DNA from: Antechinus flavipes
Lineage: Eukaryota
DNA: 64,000 bases
Assembly: GCF_016432865.1 (NCBI RefSeq)
Contig: NC_067403.1
Span: forward strand, 263,624,001 to 263,688,000
Reading direction: 5' to 3'
This document shows, in pieces, positions 14,001-26,330 of this stretch. The notes below the pieces were generated by a model. That model was not told the DNA's origin. It ran no database searches and saw nothing but the letters and a program-made list of their open reading frames with translations. The position numbers and the translations under genes are program-made. The stretch's first letter is position 1. Each line of letters starts with the position of its first letter.

Positions 14001-17000
14001 CGCGCTGCAGAGGCGGCGGGACCCGGAGCAGGTGCTGCTGCAGTGCCTGCCGGGAAAGAAGGTGAGGGGGGGGCGGGGCGGGAGCGGAGCCTGGCTGTGG
14101 GCAGGGCGCCCTGACCCGTGCCGGCCCCTCTCCCAGGTGGAACCCACCCTGAGGAGGCTGCACCCCAGGTACCGCGGCCCCGAGCCCTCCGACACCGTGG
14201 AGCTCTTCGAAGGCGAGCAGTTCTTTGCTGCATTTGAACGCGGAATCGATGTTGATGCTGGTACGGACCCTGAGGTGGGGGGCCTGTGGTTGGGGGATAT
14301 GAGATGGGGGGGCCTGAGGTGGGGGACATGAGGCGGGGGCCCCGAGGCAGGTACTGGTCGACCCCCGGCCTCTGTGCCCTGGTCTGAGGAATCCCAGAAG
14401 CCGAGAGCCGAAGGCAGGGCGGGTGGGGCTGGGCGTCCCCCAGGCCCCTAGGACTCTCTGGCCCCCCTGCGCTCCGCGTCCCTGCTGAGCGCCGACCCTG
14501 GGGGAATTTTGGCTGAAGTGGGGCTTGCACTCGGGCGGGCTGGTCACGTGTTCGACCCCACGCCACACATACTTACACACTCACACTACTCCTCCCCCCC
14601 AGGTCCTGCCCCCCCACCCCCCGCCAGTCCCCAGCTCCAGGGGTCTCTGACTCAGAAGCCCGCCCTCGGCATCGTCCCCGTTTCCCCGCACTTTTCTTTC
14701 ATCTCCCCCAGCGCTCCCCAGTGACATTTCCAGGCTGATTGCGTTGACTCTGGGGCACTTTTGGGGAGCTTGGCTTTGTCCCTCAGGCAGACCCCGCACC
14801 TTTCCATCTTTTCCAAAAGAGCATTGGGAGTTAACTTAGAAAGCGGGACACGAGCAAACTCCCGTCTCTGCCGCCGCTCCCACTTCCCGGTCTCGGCCCC
14901 GGCCCCGTTCAGACGCTCTGGCCACTTTACGGCGACACTGGCGGGGGGGCACTGGGGGGGGGGGCGCTCGGCGGTCGCCGCTTCCTTTTCCGGAAGCTCC
15001 CTCGGCTCCCTGCCAGCCCCACGTCCAGATCCGCGTCAGAGCCCACACAGGCCCCCCAGGTGTGTGGCGGCCACGTCCTCCTTCCCTCTGGGCTTGAAGC
15101 CTTCTTGCTCAGACAGGGAGGACGTGGAGGACGTGGAGCACTGGAGGCCTCGCTCCTGCCAGAGGCCCGCCCGCCTCGGACTTCCTGCTCATGGCCCCGG
15201 AAGCCGGCTCTGCTCTCAGACGTCGCCCGTTGCCGGGGCGTCCGCCCTCCAAAGCGTGTTTCCCTTCTTCTGCCCAGGATGTTCTCAGTCACAGCCATTT
15301 TTTCTGGCCAATGTCCAGGAGCAGCGAGGGTTCTGGGCAATCCGCTACCTCAGACAGTCGTTCCGGGGGGCCCTCTCCTCTCCAGATGCCCCCAAATTCC
15401 CTGCTTTTCCATTATTCCCTCCCGGGAGCGTTCGGTGCTGGTGCAGCAGCCACGTTCTTCCTCCCCGCGCATGGGGATCTTCCCTGCCCTGCAGCTCCCA
15501 CACAGCCCTGGCTCCCGACTTGCAGCGGACTCCCTTCTGCTTGCCGGCCCCTCGAGGGGGAGGGGGTCAGGCAGAGCCCGCTGTGGATCCCCGCTCCCTT
15601 CCACTCTGCCGGGCTCAGGCACCGTGTACGGGACCGCGTGGCCACGAGCTCCCAGGCCCGGGAACTCCTTCACTGACACACAGCGGCTCCTCCTGGGAGC
15701 CGAGGGCCGCAGGCTTATCCGGCCCCTGGGGGAGCTCTCTCCCCTGCTGTTGGGCCTAGTTCGGGCCTGGTGAGCGGAGGAAAGCGGGCTCCCCGGGGCC
15801 CCAGCCTCGCCAAAGCTCCAAGGGCAGACTTGACCGGAGGCTTCCTGCCCCGTCCCGTCCCACCTGATCCTTTCATCACTGTCGTGAAGTTGGGAGCTCA
15901 GTCGTTATTCTGCTCTGCCCCCACCCCCAGATCGCCCCGACTGCGTGGCTGGAAGGATCGCCTTTGTCTTCTACTCTCACCTAAAGAACATGAAGGAGAT
16001 TTATGTGACGTCCACTGTGGACAGGAAGGCGCGGGCGGTGAAGGGGCAGGTGGGTGCGAGCCTTTGCCTCCCCCCCCCCCCCCCAATGACAGACCAGACG
16101 GGTCCTGGGTGTCCCATGTGGCCTCCAGCGGGGGAAGGGGGGTTGCTGGAGGGAGAAGGGGGGGTTGCCATCACACCCCCACTGGACCGTTTTTCCCGGG
16201 CAGCTGGGCAGAGGCCGGGCTCATCGCCGAGTTGCTCACGTGGGGCTGGTGCCCCCAGGTATCCTTTTACCGAGGGGCGGTGCCCCAGGCTGTTCCGGAG
16301 GAAGCTGTGCGGAGGCGCAAAGGTCCGGATGCCCTGTGGCTTGCCACGCTGCCCATCAAGCTGCCCGTGAGCATGGGGCGGGAGGGGGGTGGGAGGTGCA
16401 GGCAGGGGTCAAGGAGGCAAGGCAGGGCAGCGTGTGCCAGGCTCTGTGCCAAGCACTGTCCAGTTAAGCACACAGCCCAGGCCACCTGAGGCTGGATTTG
16501 AATCTGGGTCATCCCGGCCTGATGGTGGGGGGAGGCGGTTATTGGCCGGGGATGCCCGGGGGGCCAAGAGAGTCTCATGTACCCTTGGTTGGACAGAGGT
16601 TGCCCCCTGGAGAAGGGCAGGCTCCCCTGGAGGGGCTGACCTTAGCCTCCCTGAACCTGGGCGATGCCGAGAGTGGCTTCCTGACGCAGAGCAACCTTGT
16701 GACAGTGGCCAGCCGGCTGGGGCCAGACTGGCAAAGTGTGGCTCTCCACCTGGGCCTCTCCTACCCGGAGGTGCAGCGGATCCAGTACGCGTACAGGTGA
16801 GGGGAACAGAGCGGGTGGCGGGGGGACGGGGCGGGCAGCGGGACCCAGCCCTCCGGGGAGGGGAAAGGGGGGCCGCTGTCTAAGCACAGCCCCTCCCTGC
16901 AGAGACGACCTGGATGGACAGGTCCGCCACATGCTGTTCTCCTGGGCCGAGCGCCAGGTCGGGCGTCCGGGCAGCGTCCGGCAGCTGCTGGAGGCCCTGG

Positions 17001-17131
17001 AGCAGAGCGAGCGCCATGACGTGGTGGAGGAGGTGCGGGCCATCCTGGAGCTGGGCCGCACCAAGTACCGGGAGTCCATCCACAGAGTGGGCCTGGCCTC
17101 CGAGGAGGACCCCCTCAGTGCCATGGCCTAG
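11038..17131 (+). CDS. PIDD1: p53-induced death domain protein 1 (LRR - ZU5 - ZU5 - UPA - death domain); start codon uncertain because the ATG at 11038 is out of frame
   Basis: Exons: 10981-11334, 11474-11887 (LRRs), 12137-12346, 12423-12477, 12560-12761, 12838-12966, 13071-13250, 13336-13474, 13551-13686, 13911-14061, 14137-14260, 15931-16049, 16259-16366, 16597-16796 and 16903-17131 (TAG). All are GT-AG with continuous phase. Both HFS autoproteolysis motifs are present (13098-13106, 13676-13684), as is the death domain (...DWQSVALHLGLSY...HMLFSWAERQ). Confidence 0.95.
13803..13898 (+). repeat. Perfect 2 x 48-bp tandem duplication just upstream of the PIDD1 acceptor at 13910
   Basis: ccccagcctcccagctcccgccccggcagggcccctgtgaccccgagc at 13803-13850 and 13851-13898. 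Confidence 0.9.
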
Positions 17132-17989
17132 GGCTGCCCCAAGGTGGGCAGGCCCCACCCAGCCGAGACGCAAGGGGGGCACGGGGACGAGCCTCGCTTC
17201 TCCTTGGACCCTCAGCTGTCCTTGATCCGAGCGAAGGAGCGGCCCGATCTGCATTTGTCGCGGGGTGGCGCGCTGCAGCAAGACAACTCCCTGATTTCAC
17301 CCCCCAGCCTTCTGCCTCTGTAAACTCGCCATCTCAGCGGGCCCCTTGTCCGGCTCCACCAATTCGCTCCCCAAAGAATGGCGGCGAGGGCCGTCTCTCC
17401 TCCCCCTCACCTGGATACGCCTTCTGCCACCATCCTGTCCTGTGCCTGCCGAGAGGAGACTCCTTTCCCCTCCATGGATAATCCCTCCCAGCCGGCTTCC
17501 TCCACGGCCCCTTTTTTGTCATCCCCCTGTCTCCACTCTCCCATTTGACACATGCTCACTTGGGACAGCTGCTGCTTCCCAGAAGATGGTGGGGCTGCTT
17601 GATTTTGCCTCCTCCCGCCCCGGTGTAGACCCTGCCTCCTCACACTGGGCTCCCGCAGTAGCTGCCCGTGGGCCTGCCCCCCTCGGGCCTTCTGCTCTAG
17701 TCTATCCAGCCTTTATCGGTTATCACAAAGGGCAGCTCGGACCACGGTCACCACCCTAGCCCTACTCCACTGGCTCCAGGGCTCCCTGTCAAAGGCCCTG
17801 GTGTCAAAAGCCCTTCATAAAAATCTGGGTCCCACTTTCCAGACCTTTCATGCTGTGCCTGCCCCCCCATGGGCTCTCCCCCAGGCCTAACATGCTCTCC
17901 CTTTTCCTCTCTGGGGTCCCCTGGCTAAGATCCGGCCTCCTTCCACGGAGCCTTCCCCTCCCAAAGCCCATTGTCGAACTCCTGCCTGG

Positions 17990-18112
17990 GTCTTGTTGCC
18001 TCCCTCTTTAGACTGGAAGCTCCTTGAGAGCAGGGGCTGCCTTCCCCTTTGTATTTTCAGCGCTTAGCCCAGTGTCTGGCACATAGTAGGTGCTTAATAA
18101 ATGTTTATTGAC
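17990..18112 (+). mobile_element. L2 LINE 3' end fragment
   Basis: ttagactggaagctccttgagagcagg...cagtgtctggcacatagtaggtgcttaataaatgtttattga matches the L2 tail as recalled; it may extend degenerately to about 17750. Confidence 0.8.
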
Positions 18113-18599
18113 CTCTTGCAAGTCCCTTCTTCCGGCTGGCCTAAGGCCCCATAGCTTCCTTCAGACACCAGGAAAAGGGCCCGGGCTGCTCCTAGAGCAG
18201 GATGGGCTTGGCCCTTTCCTCCTGGAAACATTAGTACCGGAAGGACACAAAGTAGCGCTCTGGAGGCAACATTGTAACCAGTGGGATGACAGGCGGGGGG
18301 ACTCCCAGCGGGAGAGGGAGCCGCGGCCCTTCTGACAGCCTCTGCCACTCACAGATCTGGTTCGGGCCCTGGGCCAGGGACTCAGCGAAGCAGGGACGCC
18401 GATGGAGGGAAGGGGTCCGGGAGAGGGGCTCCTGGCAGAGAGAGGTGCGGGAGCAAGGGGATGGCGAGGAAAAGGCTGGCTTTGGGGAAGGCCCCTCCTC
18501 GAGAATCATAGGATCTGAGCTCAAGGGAGTCCGAGGAAAAGCCTCAAAAGGGAGGCCGAGCCCCGGTGTGACTGGTCAGAGATGCACCCCGGGTGAGCT

Positions 18600-19800
18600 C
18601 GGCCTGGGGGACTTAGGATACCGGCTCTTCTGGAGGCTCACCCCTTTCCCGAGGGCTGTGCAGAGCTCCGCGGGCACTAGGGGGAGCCCGGAGCCCCGGC
18701 TGGCGCCGAGGTGGTCCTCAGGGCCATCGGCCAGCGCAGCTTTCGGGGCCAGCGGCGGTGCTGCCCCGGAAAGCTGGTCCCGAGCCTGTCCGCTGTCCCC
18801 CGGCCCCCAGGGCGACAGCCCTGCGTTCCTCGGACTGACTTCCACGTGCGTTTGCAGCCTCCCCCGAGCCAAGACCTTGGGGGGTTCCGACCTGCCCCGA
18901 GGTAGGACGCTCTAGGGCCCGCGGTGTCCTGCGGGAGCCTCCGCCGCTCACTCGGAGGTGACGAAAAGGAGCCCCCAGTTCCTCCGGGGGAGTGGGGCGG
19001 GGCCGGGGGCGGAGCGGGAGGGAGGGCCGGGCCCCACTCCGCACCGCCCGGCACTACGCGGCAGAGCGGCCAAACGAGCGCGGCAGGGCAGCCGGGGTGC
19101 CAGGGCGGGAGTCACCGCCAGCCGGAGCCGAGGGAGCTTCGCCCGGTGAGTGCCGTGCCCAGGGCCGGCCGGAGAGGGGCCGGGGGCGGGGGCTGTAACG
19201 GGAAGGCAAGAGGGGAGACGCGCTCCCGCCCGATGCTCCCTCTGTAATCCTCGGGGCCGCGTGCGCGCGTCCGGCCCGGGCTGTACCCTGCTCGCCTACC
19301 TCGCGCACACGTGTCCCGGGCGGCCTGCTTGGGCAGAGGCGACCGTGGGGAGCCGGCGGGGAGATGGGAGCTCGGGCCGGCCTCCGGGTCAGCACACGTG
19401 GAGAGGGCGCGGGGAGGAACGAGCGCAGAACAGGGAGACAGGCCTGGGTCCGCTTCCTCCCGGCCGTGTCTGCTTCCTCCCGGCGGGCCCGCTCTGAGGG
19501 CTGGAGCCCGAGGGGCGCCCCAGCACCGCCCGGAGGGACCCCGCTCACACGCTGCAAGCGCTCCCTCAGTCCCCGGGCCCCATCCTGGCCCGGAGGGCAC
19601 CTTCAGCCCGCGTCTCCCCCCCTTCCCCCCCCCCCCGCCCTCCCCTTCTCTAAGCTCCAAAGCTAGAAGGGAAAGGGGGCGCCTCCTCGTTCTGCTTCGG
19701 GTCTGCCGCGGGCCGGGGGGGGGGGGGAGGGGGTGGGAGTGGGGGGAAGGGGGACTCTGGCCTTCTGCGCAGTGCGTCCTGCCCCGGCTCCAGAGGGAGC
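18600..19800 (+). promoter_or_regulatory. CpG island with a candidate distal non-coding first exon of SLC25A22 (donor CCG|GTGAGT at 19145/19146)
   Basis: High CpG density, GC boxes at about 18995-19030 and a consensus splice donor. Confidence 0.6.
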
Positions 19801-20657
19801 ATCGGGAACGAGGAGTAGAAGGGGCAAGCTTAGGGCTGGGATGGACACCTTCAGAACTCGGAGCCTGGCCTGCTGCGGCCCCGCTGAGTGCCCTCCGCTG
19901 CCTCAGTTTACTGGAAGAGAAGGATGCAAGAAAGACCTTCTCAGCCTGGCGAAGGGCAGGAGCGGGATGAGAATGCTCAGGGAGTTCCCATTTCCCAGAC
20001 TAAGGATGAAAGCAGACAGACAGCGTGTTTCCATGACAACAGAACAAGGGTTGTGTGTGGTTAGGCCCCGGTTGTGGCAGATGGAGCTGGGGGGAGGGAG
20101 TGGGGAGCACTCTCAGGAATCGTGATTTCTGAAGGGAGATGGGGTGGGAAGAAAAGCAGAGAGGAGCACCCTCAGGAGCCTGCCCCTCCCCTGTGGCCCG
20201 GGCCCTGGGCTCCCTGGTCCCCAGCTTCCTTTTTCTATATCGAGCTCCCAGAGGACTCCGGGTCCAGTCCCAGCTGAGCTCCTGGAAGCCCGGGCTCTCT
20301 GGGCCTCCCTGAAGGGGCCAGGGTGAAGCTGGGCCCCGGAGAGGGGCCATGCTGAAGGAACAGACATCTGGGCTCTCACTGTCCTAAAGGGGGAAGGTTG
20401 TCCTCTGCTCCTCCCCTCCCAAAGTCCAGCCTGGCAGATAGGGCAGGGGGGCTCTCCTGCCCTTCCTCGATACTTACAGCCCTGCCCAGGTCAGCTGATC
20501 AGAGCCTTGCCCTAGCAATTAATCAGGGTCTGGGCTGGGGCAAGGGGGATTAGAAAGGGATGCGGAGAGCGAGAGAGCTGGGGGGGTGGGGGTGGAGATT
20601 GGGTGCTCTGGACTCTGCCAGACTGCCCCAGTCTGGGGAATGGCCAAGAAGCCTTTG

Positions 20658-20660
<3 letters not shown>

Positions 20661-20695
<35 letters not shown>

Positions 20696-21500
20696 CAGTC
20701 CCCTTATGCAAACACATTTGCACACACACACACAGGAACTGGTATATACTCCTATAATACGCAGACACACACACACTTATATGGACACACAAGTATACAC
20801 ACACACGCAATCCCCATGTACATACATTGCACACACGTGCACACACACACACACAGGAACTGGTATATATTCCCATGATATGCAGACACACACACTTATA
20901 TGGACACACAAGTACACACACGCACACACACACACACACAGGAACTGGTATATACTCCCATAATATGCAGACACACTTACACACTCATGGACACACAAGT
21001 ATACACACACACATACACAATCCCCATGTACACACATATTGCACACACACACAGGAACTGGTATATATTCCCATAATATGCAGATACACTTACACACTTA
21101 CATGGACACACAAGTACACACACACAATCCCCATGTACACACACATATTGCACGCTCACACACAGGAACTGGTATATACTCGCATAAATAAAAGACACAC
21201 TTACACACTTATGGACACACAAGTACACACACACACAATCCCCATGTACACACATATTGCATGCACACACACAGGAACTGGTATATACTCCCATAAATGC
21301 AGACACACTTACACACTCATGGACATGCAAGTACACACACACACAATCCCCATGTACACACATATTGCACGCACACACACAAGAACTGGTATATACTCAC
21401 ATAAATGCAGACACACTTACACACTCATGGACACACAAGTACACACACACACAATCCCCATGTACAAACACATTTGCACACACACACATAGGAGCTGGCA
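20661..21500. repeat. (CA)n microsatellite followed by a CA-rich minisatellite of about 7 imperfect 85-125 bp units
   Basis: (AC)16 at 20661. The core caggaactggtatatactcccataa(t)atgcagacac recurs near 20730, 20852, 20936, 21049, 21160, 21268 and 21378. Confidence 0.9.
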
Positions 21501-21849
21501 TATTGGGGGGAGGTTCCCACCCTGCTGCAGCCTGCTCCCGCCCCAGCTGGAGGAGCCGGGGCCTTGGAGGAAGAGCAGCCGTGCACTGGAGAGCGCCCGG
21601 AGGCGGCTGCCCGCCAGAGAGAGCAGTGGTGCTGCAGGGGGAAGCTTGGCTGTAGAGCCAGCCTTGGAGCCGTTGTTGTGGAGCCTGCGAAGTAGGGGAG
21701 GGGAGGGCCCCAAAGCTGCATTCCCTGAGCAGTCCTGTCCCTGTCTTTATTTGATTTTCACCCAGACCTGGAGGCAGGTGCTATTATTAGCCCCGGAGGC
21801 AGAAATGGAGTCTGGGAGATGATTCAGCCAGTCATGGCTTCCAAGTGCC

Positions 21850-21975
21850 GTCGTTCAGTGCTCTCCATTGTGTCCGTTCTCTGTGACCCAGTTTGGGATT
21901 TTCTGACTGGACTGCTTTGCCATTTCCTTTTCCACATCATGTTGCAGATGAGGAAACTGAGGCAAACAGGGGAAA
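21850..21975 (+). mobile_element. MAR1-type marsupial SINE fragment
   Basis: gttcagt...tgtccg...gtgacccagtttggga...tttgccatttcc...cagatgaggaaactgaggcaaacagg, the BovB-like head plus MIR core of MAR1 as recalled. Confidence 0.65.
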
Positions 21976-22489
21976 GCTCAGGCCCCACAGCTAGGAAGTG
22001 TCCTCCTGGAGATTCCCCGCCGGCTGCGCTAACCCCTGGGTCACCCAACTTCTGGTGCCTGAGACCAAACTTGACTCCAGAGCCCTGGCTCTGAACCCGG
22101 TGTCTGAGGAGGGGCCTGTGGGAAAAGGATGAGACCCCCTCCCCGTCCAAGGTGTTGTGGGGGGAAATGGAGAGAGACGAATTTGGGCTGGGGGCGGGGA
22201 GAAGAAAAACCTGCTCCTGAGGAGTCCCAGCATGAGCAGAGCCTCCTTTCCTGCTCCCCCTCTGTGAGCAGGGAGCCCTTTCTTGTGTGGTGCAGACGGC
22301 AAGGCTTCCGGGGTCCCTTCCAAGCCCAAAACTTGTGAGTCGGTGCCAAGCTGTGCAGGCCCCTTCCCTCCTTGCTGAACCCCAGCTTCCCTTGGGTTAA
22401 ATACTGGCTCGACTCTCCTGGCCAGGGCCCTGGCCACCATTAGGTGGCTTAAAGGTGGGAGAGTTCTAGAGCGAGCACCGGAGCGCATC

Positions 22490-22760
22490 AGCCACTCCCT
22501 TCATTTTACTGAGGAGGAAACTGAGTCCCAAAGGGGGGAAAGAACTAGACCAAGATTAAGCTCATGCATTTATATAGTACCACTGGGTGCTTTTAAACAA
22601 ACATCTCATTTGCTCCTCACCTGAGAGGTAGAGGCTATTATTATCCCTGTTTTACAGATAAGGAAACTGAGGCTACAGGGTCATACAGCTAGTAACTATC
22701 TGAGGCTGCATTTGACCCCAGGCCCAGAACTTGAGCTATTCTGCCACAAGGTGTCTTGAC
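22490..22760. mobile_element. MIR-family CORE-SINE fragments
   Basis: MIR core motifs: cattttactgaggaggaaactgag, and attatccctgttttacagataaggaaactgaggc...gtcatacagctagt...atttgaccc. Confidence 0.7.
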
Positions 22761-24399
22761 CAATTCTCCCCGTCTTGGGACCCCGAGCAGCCACCCTCTT
22801 CCTCCTCCCCTCCCCGCCTGGGACTTTGTGTCATTGTGTGGCAGAGAGAAGGGGAGAACGCAGCAGCTAACTCTCCCCGCCGGGCCCTGACCCCTCCCAT
22901 GCTCTCTCTGCCGCTGGCTCAGTTTCCTCATCAGCTCGATCCAGCAAACACTGCACCTGCGGGGGAGGGGGAAGAAGGGGCTTCTGTGTTTGCCCTTGCA
23001 TGCACAAAGATGAAGATGGGTGCTGTCCTGTCCCGGGAGTGGGAGGGGTGGGGGCAGCTGTGGGAATGGGGGAGGGGGGCTTTAAACAGTCCTGATCACA
23101 ACCTGGCAGGGCAAAGCAGGGAGCAGGGAGTGTCCTCGGAGAGGGAGCTCTGTGAAGGACTCCTGCCCTTTGCCCTCCAATCCTCACAAAAGGATCGACC
23201 CAAATTGAGAGGGAGCGGTCACTATGCAAGGGTCAGGACCTGAAAGAGACTTGAAGTTAGACCAGGCCAGGGCAACTCTGCCTCAGTTTCCTTTTTTGTA
23301 AAATGGAAAGAATACAGGTTTTTGATAGCTACTTGCCCCGGTGGTTGTGAGAAGAATGGCCTCCCCTGCCTAAAAGCCACGTATAAACGTTATTGCCATG
23401 ATACCTGAAGAATGGGTGGGATCTGGAGAGGGGGAGAGGGCAGCGGAAGACCCCAAGGCCTGGCCAAGACTGAGAGCCCAGGCTCCCCTCCCCCAGGAGC
23501 ATGTTAGGGACCTCCGGACGCCCCCAGAAAGAACCTGAGCTCCTGGAGAGCTTGTCTGCCGGAGGAAGCCTGCTGCCATTCTGGGCAGGCGGGAGCCTCT
23601 GCCGAGGGCCACATTCCAGCCATGAGACAGCCTCTCCCTTGCACTGGAGGCCGCAGGAAATTGGTTGGAGCCTTTCTAGCTCCAGGAGGAAACATGTTGC
23701 GATGGTCACCATCTCCTGGAGAGAACTCACTGGCCCTTCCATTTTAACACTCCCCACCCCCACCGTCCATCCACCCCTCATGTCATATCACACACACACC
23801 TCCTACCTCCCACGCACAATGAAGTCAGCCAAGCAATTGGCTGAAGCCCCCTGGGGCCTCCATCTGCCTCCCTCCACCATCCCTCCGGTAGCTCTTCCAC
23901 AAAATAATTGCAGATTGCTCTGATCCCACTGGAGCTCCGGGCCCCACATCCCCGGCTCCTCCAGCTGGCCCAGGGCTCCAGGCCCCACACCCCTGGATCC
24001 TCCAGCTTCCTCTGGCCTAGACTCCATCACGGCTGCATTCCCTCCCCCCCCCAGCGCCCCAGTATCCACAATCCTTTGCAGAACTTCCCTCTATATCAAC
24101 TCTAGCGTTTTTTGTTCTTGTTATTATTACATGGATGGGAATCGACCCTCCGCTCCCACCCAGGAAAATGCGGGGGTTCCCAGGTGTCTATCCTAGCATG
24201 TTTCCAACACAGGGATGCCCACTGCGGCTGGTCCTCGGTTTCCCCTCCCGCAAAGCTAGTTTGGGGATGGAAGGAAGCCGGCCGGCACAGGAGCCGCTTT
24301 GCCCTTTCTGGCCCAGTGGGAGCGGCCGTGTATGAACACAGGTCCCCGGCCCCTTCTCTGGGCGTTTGGCTAGTGAGTTCCCCAGAGCCTCGTTCCTGG

Positions 24400-25460
24400 A
24401 GGATTTCCTGAGCTACCGCTTTGGAAACGGAGGCGACTCGGACCTGCTTCCAAGCCTGTGTCCCGGGGGGACTCGAACCCAGGTCTAGGTCTAGCCGGAG
24501 CGCACCGAGGCCTATCCCGGCGGGTCCCGAACGCCCTTTGGTCGAATTCCCCGCCTTCCAAAGTCCCTGTCCCCCACGCCCGGGTTCAGGGTCCGGCTCT
24601 GCTGTAACTTAGAAGCCGGATATCGGCTCTGAGGGCCCTGTGAGCCTCCGGGCAAGGGGGGGGGGGGGCAGAATTGGCCCGGGAGTGAAAGACCCGAATC
24701 CTTGGCCCCAGACCCTCTTCACTCCATGCCCCCCCACCCCCGCCGCCCCCGCAGAAACGAAAGAGAAAGTGGTGCCCCGCCCCTTCCCCGGAGCCGTCCC
24801 GCCCCCAGGCTCTGTGGCCAATGGACGCCGCCAGAGCCGCCCCTCCCCCGGGCCCGCCGGCCTTTATCTCTGCTCTGGCTGAGCTGGAGCCGGAGCTGCC
24901 GCCGGAGCCAGGCTTGGAGGGCAGGTAGGAGGCTGGCGGGCAGGTAGGAGGGCTTGAGACAGCCGGCGCAGGGGGCCCGGCGGGGCACCGGAGGGCTGAG
25001 CGAGGACCCAGCTAGGGCGGGGGGAGGGGAGGATCCTTGGGGCGGGGAGGGAGGGGACAGCTTTGTTCACCTCCCGCCTCAGTGCAGAACTGCCCCCAAA
25101 AAGCCGAAAGCAGGTAAAGGGCAGCCGCGGAGAGGCGACGGGGCGGGGGGGAGGGTTGGGCGCGGCGGCGGAGCCCGGCTTGCGGGCTGCTCTCGGGGGG
25201 AGCGAGCCGCCTCGGACCCCTCTTTGCGGGAGGGAGGGAGGGGGCCCGCAGGCCTCCCCGTCCGCCACCGGCACTGCCCCCCGCCCGAAGAGCGATGGAG
25301 GAGTAGCGCGCCGGGGTCCCGAGTCCGGCCCTCCTCAGGCGCCGGGGACCGGGGACCTGGCCAAGATGGGCTCAGGCCGTTTCCCGATTCCCCAAATCCG
25401 CAGCGAGACTGCTCGTCTCCCCCCGGGAGAATCCGGGGTTAGAACCACCGCGATCGCTGG
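24400..25460 (+). promoter_or_regulatory. Second CpG island / proximal promoter of SLC25A22 with a candidate non-coding exon ending at donor CAG|GTAAAG (25113/25114)
   Basis: CCAAT at 24818-24822, GC boxes, a CpG-rich stretch and a consensus donor. Confidence 0.6.
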
Positions 25461-26169
25461 TGGTTCCACCCTTCCTGAAAGGGGGAAACTGAGGCCCGAG
25501 AGGAAAGGCTACTCCCCAAGGTGACACGGGAAGCCGCGGCCCGATCTGGAGGAGAGCCAGGTCTCGCAGCCTTCTGTCCACCTCCCCACACTGATTGTGG
25601 GACTTTCAAAGGGCTCTGGGACATTTCCCAGAAGGTGCTGTGTGCAGAGGGGAGCGAGCTGGCTGCGAGTGTGGGAAGCTCCGGGCAGTCCTGGATGCAT
25701 TTGTGTGTCTGGAAATAAGGCTGAGGGGGACCCGGGCGGGGGTGGGGGTGGGGGACCTGAAACGGGAGGAGCAGCGAGAGACCCTGGCCCCTCCCCACTT
25801 CCACCCCGACTCCGCCCCTCCCCACCCCCACTCCCTCTCCCTTGCCCCTCTTGGGAGCTTGCCCTGCCCTTCCCCCCTCCCCATTCTCTCCTCCCTCCCT
25901 ACTCCCTCCCCCCTACTCCTCGTGATAGCTTGCCCTGCCCCCTCCCCACTCCCACTCCCTCCCCTGTATCTCTCAAGGGAACCTACCTTGTCGCTGGCCC
26001 CTGTCGACCTCCCCTCTGCTCCCTCCCTTCCCTGCCTCCACACCCCCTTCCTCTTCCCCATAGATTTTTAGGCAGGCTCTAGGACAGTTTCTTTGTATTC
26101 GGAAACCCACATCTGGGCTTCCCAATAATCCTCCCCTGGAGTCTAGGGCTTAGCATCCCACCTGGGGAG

Positions 26170-26330
26170 GGACTGAGAGGGACCCAGGAATCATTTGATC
26201 CATTTCCCTCGTTTTACAGGTGAGGAATTGGAGGGCTACAGGGCAGTGACTTGTCCAAGGTCACACAGCTGGTAAGTAGCTTAGATTTGAAACCAGGTGC
26301 TTTTCGCTCCAAACCCAGATGGCCCCCACC
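26170..26330. mobile_element. MIR-family CORE-SINE fragment
   Basis: cctcgttttacaggtgaggaattggagg...gtgacttgtccaaggtcacacagctggtaagt...atttgaaaccagg. Confidence 0.75.

Noticed and set aside
18094-18101. AATAAA as the certain PIDD1 poly(A) signal
   Set aside because: It is part of the L2 tail consensus; usage cannot be shown from sequence.
19389-19412. REST/RE1-like motif TCAGCAC...GGAGAG in the SLC25A22 island
   Set aside because: Spacing and several core positions deviate from the RE1 consensus.
17200-19700. Possible PANO1 orthologue (human gene lies between PIDD1 and SLC25A22 on the opposite strand)
   Set aside because: The minus-strand ORFs here (e.g. 19054-19557, 19112-19660) are generic GC-rich frames with no similarity I can recognise; a tBLASTn would be needed.
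20661-21500. CRISPR-like look: conserved core with intervening sequence
   Set aside because: The intervening segments are homologous to each other and CA-rich, and this is a mammalian genome with no cas genes. It is a minisatellite.
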